Assembly: GCA_963693365.1 (NCBI GenBank)
Contig: CAVNZM010000001.1
Location: 20,716,125-20,780,124 of the forward strand
Direction of reading: 5' to 3'
Length of the DNA stretch: 64,000 bases
DNA from: Amoebidium appalachense
Lineage: Eukaryota; Protista; Ichthyosporea
Each line of letters opens with the position of its first letter. Within the stretch, counting starts at the first letter, position 1. Positions 42,341-64,000 of the stretch are shown here, one piece after another. The notes under the pieces are model-generated. The model did not search any database, was not told the origin of the DNA, and worked only from the letters and a program-made list of their open reading frames with translations. Made by a program: the position numbers and the translations under genes.

Positions 42341-43254
42341 GCTCTATGCATAAACAACTTCTTTTTAGTTTGTTCATGGCTTTCTACTTTCTTACTTGCT
42401 TCGATGTTTTTTGCCAAAAAAGGGGGAAAGAAAAGTAAGGGCAAGGAAAAAGCAGAAAGGAAACACTGTAAGGGAAGGGGAATGGGTAAGGAATTGTTGA
42501 TTTTGAAACCAGAGGGAGGGAAAGGAGGGGGGGAGGGGCAGGCAAGATATGCGCAAATTTTCTGAAACCCCTCCCCCCCCCCCCCCCCCCCCCCCCCCTC
42601 CCCTTCGTTTTTCGTTTCCCGTTTATGAGCTTTACGGATATCTATGAGCTTTACGGATATCCTCCTTAAACTTCCTTCCAAAAAACGGGAAAGAAAAAAG
42701 ACAGGAAAGGACAGGAAAAAAAACAGAAAAGGTAAGAAACACGGAAGGGAAGGGGACAGGTAAGGGAAACAGATGGGAAAAGGGAAACGAGGGAAAAAAG
42801 GACTGGGGAACAATAAAATCGAAAAAAACACAGGGGAGGACAAGTGGGAATGGCGTTTAGTTCAAGGGTGAAGAAGGGGGTAGGCAAGAAAGAAAAAATA
42901 GAAGATGAGAGGAGCAGGGAATTTTGAGCGTGATACATAATTATTTTAATAACTTTTTAAACTGACAACGAGAAGGAAAAAGAAAGAAACAGGAAAAGGA
43001 GAGAGGGAAGGAAAGGGACAGAAAAGAACGCGATACGGAAGAGGCAATGATGAAAAAAAAGCAGAATAGAAGAAGAGAAAGGGGAGGGGAGGGGGGGGGG
43101 GGGAGGGGGCAAGGAGGGAGGGAGGGGGGAGGGGGAGGGAGGGAATAATAAACGGAAGAAAAAAATTAGAGGCAAGGGAAAATGCCCGGAAGAGAAATGG
43201 TTGACATTCTTCTCTTTCTCCTATATCTCGTGAATATGATTTGTACACGTTGTG

Positions 43255-43620
43255 GACACGGTACAAACAGAGTGGAATCCCCACTCACAAACCTTGATTC
43301 AATGGTGTACGTGTGATGGGAAGATATACCCACACGGTACAAAATGGCGTACGCGTGATGGGAAGACATACCCACACGGTACAAAGTAGTGTACGCGTGA
43401 TGGGAAGACATACCCACACGGTACAAACTGGTGTACGCGTGATGGGAAAAACATGCCCACACGGTACAAAACAGTGGAGTCTCCACTCAGAAAACCTGAT
43501 TCAATGGTGTACACGTGATGGGAAAAACATGCCCACACGGTACAAAAGAGTGCAAACCCACTCTGAATTTTCAATGGTGTACACGTAGTGGATGAAACAT
43601 GCCCACACGGTACAAAGAGA
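43255..43620 (+). repeat. ~39-nt tandem repeat (cacacggtacaaa...gtacgcgtgatgggaagacatacc) with longer variant units
   Basis: cacggtacaaa recurs 7 times. Confidence 0.85.
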
Positions 43621-43810
43621 GTGGAACCCCCACTCCACAATTTCTGTTTTGGACATGTGTCTAAAAGCACATAGCCACCCATCTGCAAAGAAAAAGTCAT
43701 TCTGTTTCCGTGGGGAGAGTGTTTATCAACAGCTCTTTCCCCTCCCTCCCTCCCCCCTCCCCTCAAACCACTACCACCACCATCACTATCACCACCACCA
43801 CCATCACTTT

Positions 43811-43924
<114 letters not shown>

Positions 43925-44158
43925 GCACGCGCGCGCGCAACTCATTTGGCCTGCTCTCGGCAGGGAGCGCGGGGGGGGGGGGGGGGGGGAGGGGGAGGGG
44001 GAAGGGGAGGGGGGGGGGGGGGGGACATGACAGCTACAATCCAGACATGCTAAAGTTGGGAAAGTTTCATTGGCTCTCTGAAACACACGGCATACACACG
44101 TACACACGCGTACACACACACACACACACACACACGTGTACAGACCGTGACCCCGATG

Positions 44159-44262
<104 letters not shown>

Positions 44263-44925
44263 GTACACACACACAGACACACACACACACACACCGACAC
44301 ACAACTTTCCCCTTCTACCTATTAACCAAATTGTTCCCCTACACACGCACCCACGCACACACATACACACACATGCACACACACACACACACGTGCCCGT
44401 ACACACATACACACGTACACACCTCATTTCCGTGGCCTGCTCTAAGCGGGGAACAGGGGCCCCGAGGGGAGGGGGGGGGGGGAGGGGGGGGAGGGGGGGG
44501 GGGGGGGGGGATCCATACTTCCTACTCACCAACTGGGAAGCTAATGGATGTTTCAGCCTAACCTTGCCGGGCTAATGGCTTGAGAGATATCGACGGATAT
44601 AAATACCAAAGGGGAGGGGGGGGGGGGGGGGGGGGGGGAGGGGGGGGGGGGGGAGGGGGGGACAGCTACAATCTACACACACATAAACACACGTGCGTAC
44701 CCACACACACACACACATACGCACGCGTACACACGTGCACACTCCGTACACACACACAGACACACACACACACACACCTACACTCCGAAACACATGCAAG
44801 TGTATGCCACGTGCAATAATCTGATTGGCACACAAACCTCCATTGTGTCGCAAGTTGCAACGACTGGCAGTCTGCAGGTAATTGCCACAGTATCACACGC
44901 ACGCATGCACGCACGCACACATACA

Positions 44926-45076
<151 letters not shown>

Positions 45077-45453
45077 ACACACACCACAAAAGCTTAAACA
45101 GAACGGGAATGGGGAAGAAAAAACCACGGGTAAGAGAAGGGAACAGCAATGGAAGGGAACGAAAGGGATCAGGGAAACAGAGCAAGCAACGGGAAGAGCA
45201 CGAGCAATCAAACAACAAGGGAAGAGCAAGGTATAAGGGAAAAACAGCAACGGCCGATGAGTCCCACAATTCAGATTCCAGCTGAAAATAAAAAATCTTT
45301 ATTCAGATATGTAAACGAGTCACAAATCTCCAAAAAAACAACACGCACAGTCCCCTCTTTAACCGCACCTGTCATAAATTATTATTCTGGCATATATACA
45401 CCAACTACAAAACGTAGCGATCGCATTCAGTTCACAGTCTATCCGGTTTCAGC

Positions 45454-45807
45454 ATGGCAGCTGACGGTGGAGAATTGATGGCACTACGTACCGATTTCAG
45501 AGAGTATTTACCTTCTCTCTCTCCAATTCAACTGAAAACCCCGAAACATTACTGTTTAGCAACAGGAACGCTTAAGTTCCCCAACTGTTTCAATCCTACA
45601 AATCGATGGGGTGCCGGCACATGGTCGGTATATTTCAAAAGTGACACACATGGAGTCTACGGGAAACTGCATGTAGTACCAGCCATACAAAAGGTTGAAG
45701 GGCACGGACCAATTCACCAAAACGAGAAAGTCAACGTACGTTTTCATTTCCATTGTGTTCTGGTGAAGAAAGAATACAAGGCACTCCAGTGTACTTCCAC
45801 GCAATAG
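45454..45807 (+). CDS. AT-rich hypothetical ORF (117 aa), possibly the frameshifted continuation of the overlapping ORF ending at 45478
   Basis: Non-repetitive ATG-TAG ORF with beta-rich looking sequence inside the inverted-repeat-bounded segment. No family recognised. Confidence 0.35.
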   Translation: MAADGGELMALRTDFREYLPSLSPIQLKTPKHYCLATGTLKFPNCFNPTNRWGAGTWSVYFKSDTHGVYGKLHVVPAIQKVEGHGPIHQNEKVNVRFHFHCVLVKKEYKALQCTSTQ

Positions 45808-46146
45808 GAACACAATTGCTTTCAACTCCAACTTTAACGCATGGTGATTTCATAAATCCCTAAATCACCGTCGACAACAACACCGCGACAGCAACAGGTA
45901 CAGCCTTCCTACTACATCATACCTACGTACGGTTGTTTACGGTTATTTATCACTGGTATGCCGGTAGTGAAATGTAATTGGTTGTTGTCTAATGACTGGA
46001 ATGGCTGCAAAGAAAATGTCTTTCTGTTGCCGTCGGGAGAGTGTTTATCAACAGCCACTCCCTACCGCTCACACGCGCATACCATATCATGTGCACGCAA
46101 ACACACACAAACACACACACACAAACACGCACACACACACCTCTCT

Positions 46147-46207
<61 letters not shown>

Positions 46208-46271
46208 CGCACTGCAGACACACACGCACGCACACACACACACACACACACACGTGTGCACAATACACACA

Positions 46272-46335
<64 letters not shown>

Positions 46336-48441
46336 CTGCATCCTCTCCCCTTCCCCTTCCCCTCCCCCCCCCCCCCCCCCCCCCCAACCCACACGCACAC
46401 ACACAAATCAACACACCCGCACTGCATAAGTGCCTAACTCCTCTCATATGGTAGCTCCCCCGCCCGCACACACACATGCAACTTCCCTCTCCCTACCCGA
46501 TACCTCTTCTACCTCCTCCCCCAACCCGCCTCTCCTTCACCTCCCCCACACACGCACACACACACACGCGCGCGCGCGCGCTACGCTTCCCCACTGCCTC
46601 GTATGGAGATTGGGCCACAGATCGAGGCTCCGCCGAGATCAGTTTATAATAACTTATTAATTGCAATTTATGATCTGCTAAAACTCCAATCTTGACATTT
46701 TTCCGGATTTTGACATTTTCTGGATTTAAGTTTTCTATTTTCATCTTGTATCCCGACAAAAGCCGTTCAAATAAGAGTAGAGAAGAGAGGAGAGATGAAT
46801 TACCTAGACCATTGTTCCTAGGACCTGCAGCTATAAAAACAAAAATGGGGAAGAACGACTGGGTGGGAAACAGGGGAAGCGGGCCCTACCGACACTGACA
46901 TGTGACGCTCCTTGCAGCCGGGGAAGACTCTAGTGCTGACACACAGTGTCAGTTTGTGTTAATCTGTTGCTTCGCTCAAATAGAATAAGAGTGCGAGCCA
47001 ATCACGAGCGTTGGAACTTATCAGCCTTGCTATGCGGGGTTGCGCAAAGCAAGCCTTAATATTGAAGCTATTTAGGACTGGGTATTTTCTCTGGCCAATC
47101 AAGCGCTGTCTTAACCGCAGAAGCTGGAAATAAAATAAAATAAATAAATCAAATGGCCCCGTTTTTTGTTAAAAACGTTCCAACAGGCAGTCTTCGCCTG
47201 TACACATCATATCTGCTGTATGGCGCGCAGGGAAGCTGATTCACTGAAGACGTTGAAAGGATCGCCAACGACTCAGTGAGCATCCGCATGCCAAAAATTG
47301 ATGAAGATGCATGCACTCTTCGATCCAGATTTGAATACCTGACACACCTTGAGTGTCATATGTTTTTTAAACTGTCGAATGTCGATCAAAGGAATTGTTA
47401 TGTGAACACCGTCTCTTATGCCTGTATGTACTTCTATTTCTCTTTGTATTTTTTTCAGGCTCAGAGAGTACAGCACTTCTAAGTTGTCACCACACAAGAA
47501 AATTGTAGTTATTCAAACAGCCAATCAGTGTGCTCTACCGTTTTTGCCCCCTCTCGAGCCTTCCACAACTTTAACAGAGGACAGCCAATCATACACCAGA
47601 CGGTCCGGTCTCTTTATCCCAGCAAGATGAACGTGACAAATTCGCTCAACACCATATCCGCATCTCGGAAATAGGATAGAAAATAATTGTAAATAAATAA
47701 TGTTCCAATACATTTGTGTGGTTTCTGCTTGGTGTTCGTTATTTCAAGGTTCTCGGTTGTCGAATCTGGCAGGTTTTTCACTGTAGCATCGGAATTTGCC
47801 GCGCTCACCAGGGCCCTGATCAAGGCAAGCCAATTACCAAATTTGGGTTTATCATAGGTATAGGAACTGCTATTGATTGTCCCAATCCGGTCACAGCAAC
47901 CAATCAAAAATCCCACGAGAGCTGATGGCATGCGTGATAAGGAGAGCAAATTTTACTATTTTAGCCGCCTATTTATTGCAGGCAGTGGCTCACTTCAACT
48001 CAGTCACGTTCGGATGCGCTGTATCATGAGTGAGCGACGAGAGTGATAGTTTTTGACTTGAGCGACAGAGTTTCAAAGATTTTATCGTAGGTACTCTACA
48101 ATAAACGACAGCTGTGTGGGCAAAAAACCACGCGTAGAGAGTTTATAAAGACAGTGGTGTTGTAATTAGAATGCTGCCCGTGTTATGTCGTGCTAGATGC
48201 ATGGACAGAGGAGTGTTCCTTATTATTTGTTTGCTTTGAGGCACGGCATACCGTGTGCATCTCTAAAACCTCTAGAAGAACCTGGCGAATCAAAATTCGC
48301 GGTCATTTAGTCTGGCGCGATCGGCCAAATCCCCTTTCTCAATCGCCTTTTATCTTTTGATAGCTCTACACAGTACTCATACTTCTGCCGCAATAACCGC
48401 ATACTGGGACTGGTGTGGGTTATACGGACCCGGTCAGGAAC

Positions 48442-49218
48442 ATGGAATCAAACAGACAGCCTTTGCACGACACGTTGACGGATACGCCCACAAAGCGCAG
48501 CTGGACAAACCCAGAGGAGTGCCATGCAAAGAAACGCAGGGTGTCTGCCGAGTCGGCGCCAAGCAGCCCCGTGTCGCTGGCGTCAGACCGCTCACACGTA
48601 GCGAGCGAGGACGAGAAGGAAGGTGCCAGCGTGGACGAGCACTTTCTGCGGTCCATAGGCAAAGTGCCGACCGTCACAGCGCTGCCCGTGCGCCGGCCCA
48701 GCCCCGAGCTGCCACTAAAGTCCAGAAAGTTGCCGGCATCTTTTTTCCGCCAACCGCCTGCGGCCCCCCAGACACCCGAATACTTCCCGGCACCCAGCCT
48801 GTCCACAGCCGCAGACTTGCACCTCACGCCTCCCCTGCCGGCCGGGACGTTTTTGCCGCCCTTCGAGCACGTGACCGACGCACAGGCCAACGAGGCCCTC
48901 CTGCGGCAGATAGACGCCATTGCCTGGGAGTACGACGCGCTGCTGCGGCTGTTCAGCAGCGACATAGTGAGGGTGCCCCTGGTGCGGCGCAGCTGTGACC
49001 CGGTCATGTCGTCGACCATCTGCTGCAGCAGTGACGAGACGCTGTGCGGGCTCAGCCCCTGCCACGACGTCTACGACCCCACCAGCCAGCCCGGCCTGGC
49101 CCTGTCCCCTAGCCCGGCCCTGGCCCTGGACGACCCCGACCTCGACCTCACTTGTTTCACGCCTCGTTCACAGCTAGCGGACTTGTTGGAGGGGTCCATC
49201 GACGAGCTTCTGGGTTAA
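48442..49218 (+). CDS. Intronless 258-aa putative TEAD/Scalloped-binding protein (Vestigial-like TDU helix plus YAP/FAM181-type omega loop, NLS, acidic tail)
   Basis: First ATG at 48442, host-like GC3-rich codons. Motifs: AKKRRVS, SVDEHFLRSIGK (48628-48663), PLKSRKLPASFFRQP (48712-48756), LLRLF (48940-48954), acidic hydrophobic C-terminus. The CDS is well supported; the function is inferred from motifs. Confidence 0.8.
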   Translation: MESNRQPLHDTLTDTPTKRSWTNPEECHAKKRRVSAESAPSSPVSLASDRSHVASEDEKEGASVDEHFLRSIGKVPTVTALPVRRPSPELPLKSRKLPASFFRQPPAAPQTPEYFPAPSLSTAADLHLTPPLPAGTFLPPFEHVTDAQANEALLRQIDAIAWEYDALLRLFSSDIVRVPLVRRSCDPVMSSTICCSSDETLCGLSPCHDVYDPTSQPGLALSPSPALALDDPDLDLTCFTPRSQLADLLEGSIDELLG

Positions 49219-50416
49219 ACTTAGTTTCTGCCGTGAAGGGTTAATACTAGTTGAGTGTGCTCTGGTTACGGCCACACACTGAAGGAACCGTATTAATTAA
49301 TAGAAGAAGGCTGCTTGATGCAAATAATGAATATAGGAAATATAAGGCACCCGCCGGCGGGTTGCTACTCTGTTGATTTTGTAAGAAATAAAGTTAGGAC
49401 CACTGTGATGGTGGCTTCCAGTAGCACTGAGTTGAGAAACGTGAACTACACCCAGCACACACACAGCAGTTGTTGTACAGGTCCACGAGCCCGTAATTAA
49501 ATTCCCTCACAAAAAAATCCATCGAGCCTAGGAAGGGGGAGCAGGATAGATGCGGTTGCAGCCGCAGATCTGGTCGACCTTTGTGGACTTGTGTACATAC
49601 TTGGGCAGGCAAGAGTCCACAAAAGCAAGAAACAGCTTATGTATAATGATTGTGGTTGGTTACCTACCAAACTGAAACATACGGTGCCCATCACAGTGAT
49701 TTGCTCAACAGCACACACCACTGCAAGTTGTTGGATTGAAAATTCAAACACGTGTACACCTACTTGTAACAGTCCATGAATTGTGCAGGCAGAGATAAAC
49801 AGCTACTTAACTCTCGGTTGTCACAAAGAAGAAGAAGGGAGGCCCCAGGCCGCCCGGGGGGGGGGGGAGAGGGGGACAAGAACGTTGTCAGCATGACCTC
49901 CTTCTCTAGCTGACTCTCAGAGTGCCTGACTTGCCGGGCAGGTTGCACGACAGGCTTCCTTTCACATATATTTCGTTATGGTATATCTAGCATTTTAGAC
50001 ATACTTGCTGGGTTTAGCCTAGTGTTGCAAGTGGGCTGGATATATGAGCACCTGGTATCGTTCTCAGTGATATAGTACGTCGATGTATTATATCATTGAA
50101 CAGTATCATAGTAGTATGATGTGTCAACATGACAAAATTTAGTGATAATATATATTGTTTCAACGGATTACTTTCATTGTGCCTGCCCTCGTGTCCACAC
50201 ATTTCCAACCCTGTGTACACACTGCTGGTAGCTATACATACTGTAAAATCTGGAACTGAAGCAGCAGCAAATACAGCACCGGCTTCTGCAGGATAGATTT
50301 ACTGCTTGAGCCTGACCAGCAGGCCATGGAAGGTGCCAGCACCCCATACGTTCCCCCATACCCCACCACACAGGCCCCCATTGATGATGTGGCTGGCACG
50401 TGCGCCCACCATACGC

Positions 50417-63158
<12,742 letters not shown>

Positions 63159-63229
63159 CTGTGGACCAATGAAAAACTGTGAGCCAATCTCCCACTGGCC
63201 CAATCACAGAACATGTGCACTGGCAGAAG

Positions 63230-63354
63230 CAAAACAACTCAAGCATGGTCGGTCTTTCAGATAGAAAAATGGTAAGGCAGAAAAAGGAGAACTTGTCGTA
63301 CAAAAGCAGTGGGTGTGGTGGTGGGGGATGGTGGTGGGCGTGTGAGGGCGCGGC

Positions 63355-63385
<31 letters not shown>

Positions 63386-63700
63386 AAGGAGAGAAAGCAA
63401 CAACTATGGGCACGAAAAGCGGGAGAAGATAGAGGGTGTGGAACAGTGGAAGGACAGCAGCGTGACGATGAAGGCAGATGGGGTTGAACCAACACAACCA
63501 AAAAAAAAAGGGTGGGAGGGGGGGAGGGGGGGGGGGGGGGGGGGAGGGGGGACAACACAACTGTGTGTGAAAAAGGATAGGAGCACAAGTGAAGGGAGAG
63601 TGGGACTGACGGGGGAAGGCAGGCCAGAGGCATGCAGGCAGAGCGGAGCATTGGGCCGAAAAACTGGGGGGAGTAGCAGGGGAGAAGGGGGGGGAGGGGG
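63230..63700 (-). mobile_element. Degenerate LINE RT fragment upstream of the first visible SART1 exon
   Basis: Ordered motifs GPMLRSAC..LA, HLPSSSRCCPSTVPHPLSSPAFRA and LLLYDKFSF resemble RT N-terminal blocks. Confidence 0.4.
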
Positions 63701-64000
63701 GAGGAGACGGCAAGTAAGAGGTACGGGAGCAAGTCCATGAGGGAAGGGGGGGGGGGAGGGGGGGGGGGGGGGCAAGCAAGAGGGTGAGGGGAGTGGGGTG
63801 GGGGGGGGGGGGGGGGAGGGGGGGGGGGGAGAGGGGGCAAGAGGGCGGCTAAGCTGAGTTGGGGGGTGGGGCGTGGGGGGTGAAGGGGGCAAGAAAGAGG
63901 CTGAGATGTGTGTGTGGGGGGGGGGGGGGGGGGGGGGGGGTGTTGAATGCGTCAAAAAGTACGAAGTACACAAGAACAAACGGATAACACGATGCAGAAT

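Noticed and set aside
48357-49065. Overlapping alternative-frame and antisense ORFs (48357-48998 +, 48420-49019 -); likewise those over the bZIP and 19757 genes
   Set aside because: These are shadow ORFs of GC-rich coding sequence with no motifs of their own.
48415-49218. Calling the TEAD-motif protein YAP/Yorkie, and using the GTG start at 48415
   Set aside because: No WW domains or HxRxxS sites are present and the helix is VxxHF type. The first ATG is at 48442.

Overview
Eukaryotic, intron-rich, microsatellite-saturated DNA with (CA/GT)n, poly-G/C and (AG)n tracts. The gene style suggests an opisthokont, possibly a unicellular holozoan such as an ichthyosporean, but the organism cannot be fixed from this window. 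Most ORFs in the six-frame track are repeat artefacts. Genes reconstructed by hand: an intronless bZIP transcription factor (3525-4475 +), 3-exon ADAT2/Tad2 (7839-10296 -), a large low-complexity exon of an unknown gene (19757-20942 -), 12-exon farnesyltransferase beta FNTB (28513-37794 +, first intron GC-AG), and 20 exons of SART1/Snu66 (50417-63158 -, 5' end not found). The most interesting item is an intronless 258-aa protein (48442-49218 +). It combines a Vestigial/VGLL4-type TDU helix (SVDEHFLRSIGK) with a YAP/FAM181-type omega loop (PLKSRKLPASFFRQP), has no WW domains, and is a candidate TEAD/Scalloped cofactor. Other notable items: a long near-perfect hairpin behind a CCAAT/AP-1 cluster (pre-miRNA or MITE), minisatellites built from splice-site sequence in FNTB introns, a ~6.5 kb inverted-repeat-bounded segment carrying AT-rich virus-like ORFs, and scattered LINE reverse-transcriptase scraps embedded in poly-C tracts.
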